Part shown: positions 19,389 to 28,481 of the stretch, in pieces
Position numbering within the stretch: position 1 is the first letter of the stretch
Layout: every line of letters begins with the position of its first letter
The notes under the pieces: model-generated
Seen by the model: only the letters and a program-made list of their open reading frames with translations
Told to the model about the DNA's origin: nothing
Database searches by the model: none
From: Myxococcales bacterium
Lineage (GTDB): Bacteria > Myxococcota_A > Polyangia > Polyangiales > Ga0077539
DNA: 64,000 nucleotides
Reading direction: 5' to 3'
Assembly: GCA_016793325.1 (NCBI GenBank)
Contig: JAEUKI010000004.1
Span: 18,886 to 82,885, forward strand
Position numbers and translations under genes: made by a program

Positions 19389-20518
19389 GCCTTCTCGAAC
19401 TCCTCGCTCACGTCGATCGCCGCGTCGATCACCGTGTAGTCGGGCTCGCTCGGCGGCGGACGCAACAAGCGCAGCGCAGCCTTCGCGTCGATCGGGCGCT
19501 GGTCCCGCTCGCGCGCGAGCAGCGTTCGCGTCGCCGCGTCGAGCCACGGAGGAACCTCCGCGCGTCGCGCGCGCACCTCCACGAGCGGCTTGGTCCTCAT
19601 CTCGAGCGCCAACGTCACCGGCGTCTTCGCGCTCCATGGCAATTGCCCCGAGAGCATCTCGTAGAGCATCACGCCCACCGCGTAGAGATCCACGCGCTCG
19701 TCGAGGTCGCGCTGCCCGGTGGCTTGCTCGAAGGCCATGTACGACGGCGTTCCGACGACGCGTCCGGCGCGCGTGAGCGTCGCGTCTGCCGACAGCCCCT
19801 CTTCGTTGAAGAGCCGCCGCGCGACGCCGAAATCCAAGACGCGCACGGACGGTTTGCTCTCGGGCGTTCGCACGAGAAAGACGTTTTCGGGCTTGAGATC
19901 GCGGTGAAGGATCCCTCGCGCGTGCGTCGCGCTGAGCGCCTCGAGCACCTGCCGCGCGATGTGCACAGCGTCGTGCATCGGCAGCGCGCTCTCGCGGCGG
20001 ATGCGCAGCGAGAGGGGCTCGCCTTCGAGGCGTTCCATCACCAAGAAGGGCTCGCCCGCCTCGGTGGTGCCTGCGTCGAAGACCGTCACGATCCGAGGGT
20101 GCGCGAGGGCCGCGAGCACCTTCACCTCGGCGTGAAAGCGCGCGACCGCCACGGTGTCCTTCGCGAACTCGGGCGCGAGCACTTTTACGGCGACCGCTCG
20201 ACCGATGTGCTCGTCGATCGCGTCGTACACGACGCCCATCCCGCCGCGCGCGATGAGCCCTCGAACGCGATAGCGACCGGCGAACATCGGCGCCGGCATC
20301 GACAGGCGCGTGCTCGCGAACGCCGCGCCCGAGGTGATCTCCGTGGGGTCGTCCTCGTCCGTCGTCGGCGTGCTCATCGCGCCGATCGCGTTCGGAGCCA
20401 CCGCTGCGAGCGTCCCTGCCGACGCTTCGCGCACCGGTTGGTTGGTAATAGGGCAAAGGGGCGCGTCCGCGTCGTGCGGAAACCCACAGTGCCTGCAGCG
20501 GACGAAGCGCTGAACCAT
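19385..20518 (-). CDS. Hanks-type Ser/Thr kinase with N-terminal Cys/His ribbon
   Basis: GGMGVVY, VAVK, HRDLKPEN, DFG, GTPSYM; N-terminal CRHCGFPH...CP; no TM segment. Confidence 0.9.
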   Translation of the reverse strand: MVQRFVRCRHCGFPHDADAPLCPITNQPVREASAGTLAAVAPNAIGAMSTPTTDEDDPTEITSGAAFASTRLSMPAPMFAGRYRVRGLIARGGMGVVYDAIDEHIGRAVAVKVLAPEFAKDTVAVARFHAEVKVLAALAHPRIVTVFDAGTTEAGEPFLVMERLEGEPLSLRIRRESALPMHDAVHIARQVLEALSATHARGILHRDLKPENVFLVRTPESKPSVRVLDFGVARRLFNEEGLSADATLTRAGRVVGTPSYMAFEQATGQRDLDERVDLYAVGVMLYEMLSGQLPWSAKTPVTLALEMRTKPLVEVRARRAEVPPWLDAATRTLLARERDQRPIDAKAALRLLRPPPSEPDYTVIDAAIDVSEEFEKA

Positions 20519-20879
20519 CGTTCATTCGTCGGCAAACGCCAACAACGGGTCGCAGTATCGACACAGCCTCGGTCCGCCAGCAAGCCTCCCCTGTCGGCTC
20601 CATCGACGCGCGGGCGCCACGCGTTCGCGATACACGCGTCAGTGATTTCTCTGTGGGAACGTCCAGACCGGAGCGTGCGTTCTTCGCGCGACAGGGTCAT
20701 GCTCTCGATCGCGGGCCTCGGTCGCGTCCAGTGGTCGTTCGTCGAACGATCCCGCGGGCCCGATGATCGATTGACGACGCTCGTCCGTCGCGGCACACCG
20801 CGGACCTCGCGCGCCGCCGAAAATCCTTCGATTCTCCGTTCGCGACAACACCTCTCGACCCCTCGGCATCACACCCACG

Positions 20880-21596
20880 ATGAGCGCCACGACGCACCAC
20901 CCTCGAGCACGCACGCTGCGACCCGCGGTCGCAGGCGCGCTCGTCGTGTTGGGGCTCGTCGCCACCGCAAGCGTCGCGAACGCGCAGCAAGCGCCCGGCG
21001 CACCTGCGCGCCCGCCGCTCTTCGGACCGCGCCCTGGTGATCCCGTCTCCAGCGCGCGTCCTGTGCGACTCGCCGAGCCCGAGCAGCCCGAGCCCGACGG
21101 GATCCGTCGTCGCCTGGGGTTCACGTTGGTCGCCGGAGGCGGCGCCGCGCTAGGCGCGTTGTCCGCCCCGATTTGGCACGCGGCGTCGCTTCGAATCGGC
21201 GTGCAATTTTACTCGCCGTTCGCGCTCTATCTTCAGTCGCAGTTCTTGCTCGGCGCCGTCGCGCAGCCGAACGGCGGCGGAGTGTTTCTCGCGCTCAACA
21301 ATCAAGTGCTCGCGGAGTTGGCGCTGCAGAACTTCGTGCAGATCGCGGTGGGACCCTCGGTCGACCTCGCGGATCAACGCGAGTGCGGCGCGACGTGCTC
21401 GTTTACGCAGGGGCTGTGGTTCGGGTTGCACCAGCGCGTGGCGGTTCCGCTCATCGCGCGGCCGTCCTTCGGGCGCACCAACGGCGCGCGGGGGCCGTCG
21501 CGCGCGATCAACATCGCCGCGGACTTTCACGAGAACTTCACGCCACGCGGCTTGCTCGTGACGGGCACGATCGCGCTCGGCCTCGATTGGTACTGA
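20880..21596 (+). CDS. secreted putative small outer-membrane beta-barrel protein
   Basis: Signal ending ANA-Q, amphipathic strands, C-terminal IALGLDWY. Confidence 0.6.
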   Translation: MSATTHHPRARTLRPAVAGALVVLGLVATASVANAQQAPGAPARPPLFGPRPGDPVSSARPVRLAEPEQPEPDGIRRRLGFTLVAGGGAALGALSAPIWHAASLRIGVQFYSPFALYLQSQFLLGAVAQPNGGGVFLALNNQVLAELALQNFVQIAVGPSVDLADQRECGATCSFTQGLWFGLHQRVAVPLIARPSFGRTNGARGPSRAINIAADFHENFTPRGLLVTGTIALGLDWY

Positions 21597-21633
21597 GCGA
21601 TCCGCGCGCGCTCATCGATCGATTCGCGGCGCT

Positions 21634-22254
21634 TCAGCCCCGGCAGGTAAACACCACCGCGGGCGGAACGTTCTTCCACACCATCGTCTCGTCCACGCGC
21701 GGCCACAACCGCCGCACGAACGGCCGCGCGTCCCACGTGAAAAAAGCCCGCCGTTGCTGGCTGTACGCCACGTACCTCGCGTGCACGTACGCGTACTGCG
21801 TAAACGCGGCGCCCGGCGCGAGCAGCGCGCGCGCGGCCACCATGATCGACTCGCGGATGGGCTCGTCCATGAGGCTCAACCCGAGCGACGAGATCACCGC
21901 GTCCGCGTGACCCACCACCGACGCATCGAGCAACGTCGCCGCGTCCGCTGCGCTCCCGTGTACGCCCACGAGCCGCCGGTCGTCGATCGCGCGCACGCAC
22001 CCCTCGAGCAAGCCCTTCTCGAGCTCGATCGCGTAGAGCTTCGCGTCGGGGCCGAGCTTCGCGAGGATCTGTCGCGTGAGCGTCCCTGTGCCCGGGCCGA
22101 ACTCGACGACGACCTTCGCGTCGGGAGGGATCTTCGCGAGCATCTCTTCGACGAGCCACCGCGAGCTCGAGACGACGTTAGCCGTCGTGTCGAAATCCTC
22201 GAGTCCCTTTCGAAAAAAGCGCACTCCCACCGCGACGCGATCGAGGATCCCCAT
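21634..22254 (-). CDS. class I SAM methyltransferase (phospholipid N-methyltransferase-like)
   Basis: SSRWL, VVEFGPGTGTLT, VISSLGL, FTQYAY, NVPPAVV. Confidence 0.8.
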   Translation of the reverse strand: MGILDRVAVGVRFFRKGLEDFDTTANVVSSSRWLVEEMLAKIPPDAKVVVEFGPGTGTLTRQILAKLGPDAKLYAIELEKGLLEGCVRAIDDRRLVGVHGSAADAATLLDASVVGHADAVISSLGLSLMDEPIRESIMVAARALLAPGAAFTQYAYVHARYVAYSQQRRAFFTWDARPFVRRLWPRVDETMVWKNVPPAVVFTCRG

Positions 22255-22260
22255 GGCCGC

Positions 22261-23133
22261 TCAGCTCCGGTCCATGAGCGCACGGAGCTGCGCTTCGCTC
22301 ACCTTGTAGCTCTTTCCGCAGTAGTCGCAGGACAGCTCGACGGGGCCGCCTCCCGACAAGAGCTCTTGAATATCTGTGCGCGAGAGCGTCCCGATCGACG
22401 CGAGCACTCGCTCGGCCGAGCAGTTGCAGAAGAACTGCACGTCGACCTCGGCGGTGACCTGGTACGGCAGTCCTTCGAGCAGCGCGCCGACGAGCCCTCG
22501 CGGGGTCGTGTTCGGGTCGTCTGCGCGCGCGTCGATCGACTCGAACGCGGGCAGTCGCTCGGTCATCACGCGCAGCGGCTCGGCGAGGGTCTCGGGCGTG
22601 AGCTGCACGAGGTAGCCCATCGCGCGCCGAAGCGAGGCGCCGTCGAAGCGCGCGCAGATTGCGACCATCGTCACGATCTGCTCGGACACTTGCATGTACT
22701 CCATCACGCCCTTGCTCACCGTCGCGTCCGCGGGAAACTCCACGACGCCGCGGTGCCCTCGCTGCTGCGGGAGCGTCCGGAGCATCTCGAGCCGCGCTCC
22801 CTGGCCGAGCATCACCGCGGCCGAGGCCTTGGGCCGGCTCACGATCCCGCGCGTTCGTCCCTCGGGTTGGGCGTCGACGACGATGCGACCGGTGCCGTCC
22901 GAGCCGTGAAGCACGCACTGGGCGCGCAGGTCCGGGGCCATCGTCTCGCGAAAGAGCACGGCGCCGACGACGAGCTCGGCGAGGTGCTGGGCGTCCGAGC
23001 CCTCCGCCGTCTGTGCTTCGATGATCGCGCGCGCGGTGCGCGTCGCGTCGACCGCGACCACTCGAAACGACCCGTCTTCCGTCATCGCGCGCACTGCCAC
23101 GTCCTGGGGCAGACCTTCTGTCAGAGAACTCAC
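22261..23133 (-). CDS. hslO: Hsp33 redox-regulated chaperone
   Basis: YMQVSEQI, GYLVQLTP, FFCNCSAER and CDYC zinc-switch motifs. Confidence 0.9.
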   Translation of the reverse strand: MSSLTEGLPQDVAVRAMTEDGSFRVVAVDATRTARAIIEAQTAEGSDAQHLAELVVGAVLFRETMAPDLRAQCVLHGSDGTGRIVVDAQPEGRTRGIVSRPKASAAVMLGQGARLEMLRTLPQQRGHRGVVEFPADATVSKGVMEYMQVSEQIVTMVAICARFDGASLRRAMGYLVQLTPETLAEPLRVMTERLPAFESIDARADDPNTTPRGLVGALLEGLPYQVTAEVDVQFFCNCSAERVLASIGTLSRTDIQELLSGGGPVELSCDYCGKSYKVSEAQLRALMDRS

Positions 23134-23262
23134 CAGCCAACCGTGGCACACGTCCTGTGCAAAATCACCGCGGTTTTCAGCGGACGGTTGTTGAATTGTT
23201 GTATCCTTCACCCTCGAAGGTTCGCTTTGGAACGAGAGCCGTCTTCCCGAGGGAGCGACACG

Positions 23263-23871
23263 GTGACCAACCCCGTGCAAGCCATCAAGATCCTCGTCGT
23301 CGACGACGACGCCGGGATCTGTGACCTGCTCGAGACCGTGCTCAGCAAGGACGGGTTCGAGGTCAAGACGCTGCGCGATCCCACGCAGGCGCCGGGCGAA
23401 GTGCGCGGAGGCGGCTATCACCTGTGCCTCCTCGACATCATGATGCCCAAGCAGGACGGCATCGAGACGCTGACGGCGATCCGCGGCGAGGACACCGACC
23501 TCGGCGTGATCGTGATCACTGGCTACCCGTCGCTCGAGACCGCTGTCCAATCGATGCAGCTCGACGCGCTCGACTACCTGCGCAAGCCGTTCACCGTCGA
23601 AGAGCTCCGCAACGTCGTCGCCCGCGCGATGAAGAAGAAGGGGCTCACGCGCGCGCCCGAAGAGCAGCTCCACCGAGTGATCGGCGAGACGATCCGCAAC
23701 CTGCGCAAAGAGAAGGCGCTCACGCTCAAGCAGATGGCCAAGCGCACCGGGCTCTCGGTGTCGCTCTTGTCGCAAATCGAGCGCGCAGAGTCGAGCGCGA
23801 GCATCTCGTCGCTCTACAAGATCGCCGTCGCACTCGACACACGGATTCAAGAGCTCTTCGGCGAGTTCTGA
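23263..23871 (+). CDS. digR: response regulator with receiver and XRE helix-turn-helix (DigR-like)
   Basis: ILVVDDD, LDIMMP, DYLRKPF receiver; IRNLRKEKALTLKQMAKRTGLSVSLLSQIER XRE; same architecture as Myxococcus DigR. Confidence 0.7.
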   Translation: MTNPVQAIKILVVDDDAGICDLLETVLSKDGFEVKTLRDPTQAPGEVRGGGYHLCLLDIMMPKQDGIETLTAIRGEDTDLGVIVITGYPSLETAVQSMQLDALDYLRKPFTVEELRNVVARAMKKKGLTRAPEEQLHRVIGETIRNLRKEKALTLKQMAKRTGLSVSLLSQIERAESSASISSLYKIAVALDTRIQELFGEF

Positions 23872-24068
23872 CGGCGCTGATCGACCTCACCCCCGCTGCC
23901 GCGCGCCCCTCTCCCGCGAGACCGCGGGAGAGGGGCTTTGATTTTGTGGGCGTTGTGCGTCGCCGTCGGTCTTCTGCCACGACGCGTTGATTCCCGTTGC
24001 CCCTCTCCCGCGGTCCCGCGGGAGAGGGGCGCGCGGCAGCCGCGGGTGAGGTCGAGCGATCAGCGCCG
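23872..24068. repeat. inverted REP doublet (family D)
   Basis: 23872-23936 and 23999-24068 are near reverse complements; each has the hairpin CCCCTCTCCCGCG-n-CGCGGGAGAGGGG. Confidence 0.75.
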
Positions 24069-24229
24069 GCGGACGGCGCTGTTGGTGGCGGACCCATTTA
24101 TTCAAGACTCGTGCTCGCGTGCCGTGGCGCAGACGGGCGGTTTGTATGGGTGAAGAACCGCCGCAAATCGCCCGAGAAACTCCTTGTCGGTGCGCCGTTC
24201 TGGTACCGTGTTCGGGAGGTCTTTTCGCC

Positions 24230-26587
24230 ATGCGCACACCCCTTCGTCGATTGATCACCCCCGCGCTCGCCGCGCTCGTCGCGTGCTCCCAACCTCCCGC
24301 GCCGTCGGACGCTGGGGACTCAGGAGGCTCGGACATCAACTCCGATCGCCCATCGACCACCGACGCGACGACGGACACAGGCGTCGACGCGGCGCCGCCC
24401 GACGCGACGACGGACGACGTCGTGACTCCCGCAGATACGGGCACGGGCACGGACACGGGCGTCGATACGGGCGTGGACACGGGCGTCGACACGGGGGTCA
24501 CGTCGATGTTCGGGCTCGACACGCGACCGGCGAACGCGTCGTGTCGCGCGTTCGCTCGACCCACGGGAACGGCGGGCGTCCGCGCGGACCGCGCGCTCCC
24601 GATGCAGCCCAACTTTTCAAATGTCACCGAGGTGCAGCAGGCGCCGGGCAACAACACGTACTGGTACTTCGTCGAGAAGATCGGCCGCATTCGCCGCGTG
24701 AACAACGACGGGATGGGCAACACGGTCACGACGTTCGGGGACGTGTCGGGCCGCGTCAACGCAGGGCCCAACGAAGCGGGCCTGCTCGGGCTGGCCTTTC
24801 ATCCGAACTTCGCGATGAACGGCTACGTCTACCTGCACTACAACCGCACGATGGGCGGGCAGCTGCAGTCGGTGATCTCGCGCTTCGTGTCCCCGGACCG
24901 AGGCGCGACGCTCACGACGACGGGAACCAACCACGAGACGATCCTGCTCACCGTCAATCAACCGTTCGACAATCACAACGGCGGCAAGATCGCGTTCGGC
25001 GCCGACGGGATGCTCTACATCTCGCTCGGCGACGGAGGCTCGGGCGGCGACCCGATGAACAACTCGCAAAACCTTGGAAATCTCCTCGGAAAAATCCTCC
25101 GCATCGACGTCGATCGCATGGCCGGCGGGATGCAGTACGCGATCCCCGCGGACAACCCCTTCGTCTCTCGCGCCGGAGCGCGCGGAGAGATCTACGCGTA
25201 CGGCCTTCGCAACCCGTGGAAGTTCTCGTTCGACACGCGCACGGGCGACCTGTGGGCCGGTGACGTCGGGCAAGGCGCGCTCGAAGAGGTCGACGTCATT
25301 CGCCGCGGCGGAAACTACGGTTGGCGCATCATGGAGGGCACCAACTGCTTCAACCCTGGAACGGGCTGCAACATGTCTGGCTTGCAGCTCCCGGTCGTCA
25401 CGTATCCGCGGAGCGAGGGCGTCTCGATCACGGGCGGCTACGTGTATCGAGGGACGGCGATTCCGTCGCTACAGGGGCGGTACATCTTCGGTGACTTCGG
25501 CTCGAGCCGCGTGTGGGCCGTGCAGTACGACGCCATGGGTCGCGCGTCTCGGCAGGACCTCTTCACCGCCGCGGGAGGCATGGGGACGTTTGCGCAGGAC
25601 CAGAACGGCGAGGTCTACGTCGTCACGTACAACAACGGCTTGATGTATCGCATCAACCCGACGGGGACGCCGCCGGTGGACATGGTTCCGCGAACGCTCT
25701 CGGCCACGGGGTGCTTCACCGCGGGAGACATCACGCGGCCCGCAGCGGGCGTGATACCGTACAGCGTCAACGCGGCGCTGTGGTCCGATGGCGCGGCGAA
25801 AGACCGGTATTTCGCGATTCCCGACGGAGCGCGCATCACGGTCAACGCCGATGGGGACTTCGACTTCCCGAACGGGACCGTGCTCATCAAGACCTTCTCG
25901 ATCGGCGGTCGCCGCGTCGAGACGCGCTTGTTCGTTCGCCACATGGACGGCGTGTGGGCCGGCTACACGTACGCGTACAACGCGGCTGGGACCGACGCGG
26001 ATCTCTTGCAAGCAGGCGAGACGCGCATGTTCGGAACGCAGTCGTGGTCCTACCCGTCCCGCAGCGAGTGCTTGAGCTGCCACACGTCCGCCGCTGGATT
26101 TTCGCTGGGTCTCGAGCTCGCGCAGCTCAACGGACCGCAGACGTACCCCGCCACTGGGCGCACGGCGAACCAGCTCGATACGCTCGATCGCGTGGGCTAC
26201 TTCGCCGCGGCGCTCCCTGCGACGCGCCCCACCATGCCCACGTACACGGGCGGGACGTTCAACGCGACGGAGCGCGCGCGGGCGTACCTCCACTCGAACT
26301 GCTCGTCGTGTCACCGACCGGGCTCGACGGGCCGTGGAAACATGGACCTGCGCTACGCCACGGCGTCGGCGATGACCAACACGTGCAACGCGACGCCGAG
26401 CCAAGGCGACCTCGGCGTGATGGGCGCGCGCGTGGTGCTTCCGGGCGATCCCGCGAGGTCTGTGCTGTCTCTGCGCATGCACGCGCTCGACGCCAACCGC
26501 ATGCCTCCGCTCGCCTCGCGCGTGTTGGACATGCAGGGCACTACGCTGGTCGACAATTGGATCCGCGGCTTGATGGCGTGCCCGTGA
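24230..26587 (+). CDS. lipoprotein: PQQ-dependent sugar dehydrogenase (GSDH) propeller fused to a diheme c-type domain
   Basis: Lipobox LVAC; EAGLLGLAFHP, NHNGG, GLRNPWK, GDVGQ; then YSVNAALWSDGAAK, FPNGTVLIKTF, CLSCH and CSSCH. Confidence 0.85.
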   Translation: MRTPLRRLITPALAALVACSQPPAPSDAGDSGGSDINSDRPSTTDATTDTGVDAAPPDATTDDVVTPADTGTGTDTGVDTGVDTGVDTGVTSMFGLDTRPANASCRAFARPTGTAGVRADRALPMQPNFSNVTEVQQAPGNNTYWYFVEKIGRIRRVNNDGMGNTVTTFGDVSGRVNAGPNEAGLLGLAFHPNFAMNGYVYLHYNRTMGGQLQSVISRFVSPDRGATLTTTGTNHETILLTVNQPFDNHNGGKIAFGADGMLYISLGDGGSGGDPMNNSQNLGNLLGKILRIDVDRMAGGMQYAIPADNPFVSRAGARGEIYAYGLRNPWKFSFDTRTGDLWAGDVGQGALEEVDVIRRGGNYGWRIMEGTNCFNPGTGCNMSGLQLPVVTYPRSEGVSITGGYVYRGTAIPSLQGRYIFGDFGSSRVWAVQYDAMGRASRQDLFTAAGGMGTFAQDQNGEVYVVTYNNGLMYRINPTGTPPVDMVPRTLSATGCFTAGDITRPAAGVIPYSVNAALWSDGAAKDRYFAIPDGARITVNADGDFDFPNGTVLIKTFSIGGRRVETRLFVRHMDGVWAGYTYAYNAAGTDADLLQAGETRMFGTQSWSYPSRSECLSCHTSAAGFSLGLELAQLNGPQTYPATGRTANQLDTLDRVGYFAAALPATRPTMPTYTGGTFNATERARAYLHSNCSSCHRPGSTGRGNMDLRYATASAMTNTCNATPSQGDLGVMGARVVLPGDPARSVLSLRMHALDANRMPPLASRVLDMQGTTLVDNWIRGLMACP

Positions 26588-26588
26588 G

Positions 26589-27056
26589 TTAGGGCTTCTT
26601 GCACGCGTCCGCGAGGTCGCGCGCGTAGCGGTCGAACACGGGGCCGAAGTCAGGGAGCGATCCCTTGATCATCGGGAGCATCGCGCCGCGAAACACTTCG
26701 ACCATCTCGAAGACGGTCCCCTTCGCCGTCGACTCGAGGGTGAAGGTTCGCGTTCCCTGAAACATCGGGAAGAAGCCGTCTTGCCAGACCATCTTCTTGT
26801 TCGGCTCGAACGCGACGACCTTCGGTGAAAACGTCCGTCCCGGCGCGACGGGAACCTTGATCTCGAGCTTCTGGCCGAGGGCGATGGGGCCGCGGATGCT
26901 CTCGACGGTGGAGTTCCACTTGGGAAATCCCTCGGCGTCGGTGAGCTTGTGCCAGACGGCTTCGGGCGGGGCGTCGATCTCGACGCGCACGGCGTAGCGC
27001 AAGTTGAACGCGGACTCGGTCTTCTCTGTCATCGGTGGATCGAGCGCGAGGGTCAC
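26589..27056 (-). CDS. SRPBCC family protein
   Basis: VEIDAPPEAVWHKLTD...FPKWN; FQGTRTFTL; overlaps the AraC stop. Confidence 0.85.
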   Translation of the reverse strand: MTLALDPPMTEKTESAFNLRYAVRVEIDAPPEAVWHKLTDAEGFPKWNSTVESIRGPIALGQKLEIKVPVAPGRTFSPKVVAFEPNKKMVWQDGFFPMFQGTRTFTLESTAKGTVFEMVEVFRGAMLPMIKGSLPDFGPVFDRYARDLADACKKP

Positions 27057-27901
27057 CCTTCGGTCTCGTCGCCGTCTTGTAAGAACACGACGACGTTCGG
27101 CGCGAAGTCATCGGGCCCCTCGGGCGGATAGTACCCCCGATACCCTCGCGGAACGCCGCCGCTCATCCGCTTGAAGTCCTTGATGAAGTGCGCCTGATCG
27201 AAGTACCCCGCGCTCGCCGCCACCTCCGCGAGCGGACAGCCCGGGTCGCGCATGAGGGCCTTGAGCGCGCGCTGAAAGCGCAGCACCGTCGCGATGGTCT
27301 TCGGCGCGATCCCCAAGTGCCTCGCGAACAGTCGTTCGACTTGTCGCACGGACACGTCTTCGCGCTGCGCGAGCTCTTCGACCGTTCCGCCGCCGTGCGC
27401 GTCCGTGATCGCCGCGAGCAGCCTCGCGAACGACTCGTACCCGTCGTCGAGCGCGAGGTGCGCGACGAAGAACGCATCGAGCAGCGCCGCGCTCGCGTCG
27501 ACGTCGCTCGCTTCACGGAGCGCTGCTTCGAGCGCGAGCGCTCCATCGCCGAGCACGCGCTCGGGCCGAGGCGTCTCGTTGGTGAACGCCTGCAGCGACT
27601 CGCGCGTAAACGGCCCGACGCCGCCCAAGCGAAACCGCACCCCAGCGATGCGAACGAGCCCCTTCTGAACGATGCAAATGGGCACGAGGCGCTGCGCGTC
27701 GAAGTTCGACGCTGCGTGGTGGCTCGACGGACCGCCGATGATTTCGCGCGTGTACGGCGCGCCGAAATTGAACACGAGGTCCGCGCGTCCGTCGACGAAC
27801 GCGTTGACGCGAAGGTCGACAGGGCCCTCGTGAGAGGTCACGAACCAATAGTGCTCGATGAAGCGTCGGAGCTCGGCGCGCGGCGCGCGAAGGTCGTACA
27901 C
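27053..27901 (-). CDS. AraC family transcriptional regulator
   Basis: LRRFIEHYW, DGRADLVF, SVRQVERLF...GIAPK, AGYFDQAHFIKDFK. Confidence 0.9.
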   Translation of the reverse strand: MYDLRAPRAELRRFIEHYWFVTSHEGPVDLRVNAFVDGRADLVFNFGAPYTREIIGGPSSHHAASNFDAQRLVPICIVQKGLVRIAGVRFRLGGVGPFTRESLQAFTNETPRPERVLGDGALALEAALREASDVDASAALLDAFFVAHLALDDGYESFARLLAAITDAHGGGTVEELAQREDVSVRQVERLFARHLGIAPKTIATVLRFQRALKALMRDPGCPLAEVAASAGYFDQAHFIKDFKRMSGGVPRGYRGYYPPEGPDDFAPNVVVFLQDGDETEG

Positions 27902-27985
27902 GGCGCGAAGAGAGTACCCGACGGAAGGTGTACGGGGCGCGGCAGCGAGCCGCCGATTGGGCGCGGCAGCAAGCAGCCACACGGG

Positions 27986-28256
27986 GCGCGGCAGCGAGCA
28001 GCCGCGCACTGTGCTTCGCAGACCCGATCGGCGAGTTCTCTCGAGCTAGCTCCGCAGGCGTTCTCGCTCGCGCTCGAACGTAGGCACGTGAGTTGTCGCG
28101 CGAGCGTGCTTCGAGTTGGCTGCAAATGCGCAGGTAGAGTTCGAGAGACTCTTGCCTCGAAGTTCGAGCGCGAGAGAGAACGCCTGCCGAGATAGATCGC
28201 GTGACAGCGCCCCGTGATGTCTTCGAGGCACCGTGCGCGGCTGCTCGCTGCCGCGC
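27986..28256. repeat. ~270-bp imperfect fold-back (family E REPIN-like)
   Basis: GCGCGGCAGCGAGCAGCCGCGCAC at 27986-28009 and its reverse complement at 28233-28256; inner arms also pair; two decayed copies near 27936 and 27960. Confidence 0.7.
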
Positions 28257-28481
28257 ACGGTGAGGCGCGGGGAGCACGCGGCCGTCGAGTCCCGAAATCG
28301 GGACGACTGAGTACCGCCGGGTGTACTCGGGCTTAGCGGGAGGGGGCCCGACCCGCGCGATCACCGAGGCCCGGTGGATTGCACAGCCATCCATCGCGAG
28401 GCGGGTGCGGCGTCGCTCGTCGCAGTCGTACGGTCTCTGGTGTGTCACGGTTGCCGCGGGCAGAACGATCGGTGCGAGACC

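Noticed and set aside
24435-24500. 12-bp tandem GACACGGGCGTC repeats
   Set aside because: They encode the DTGV low-complexity linker of the lipoprotein, not an independent element.
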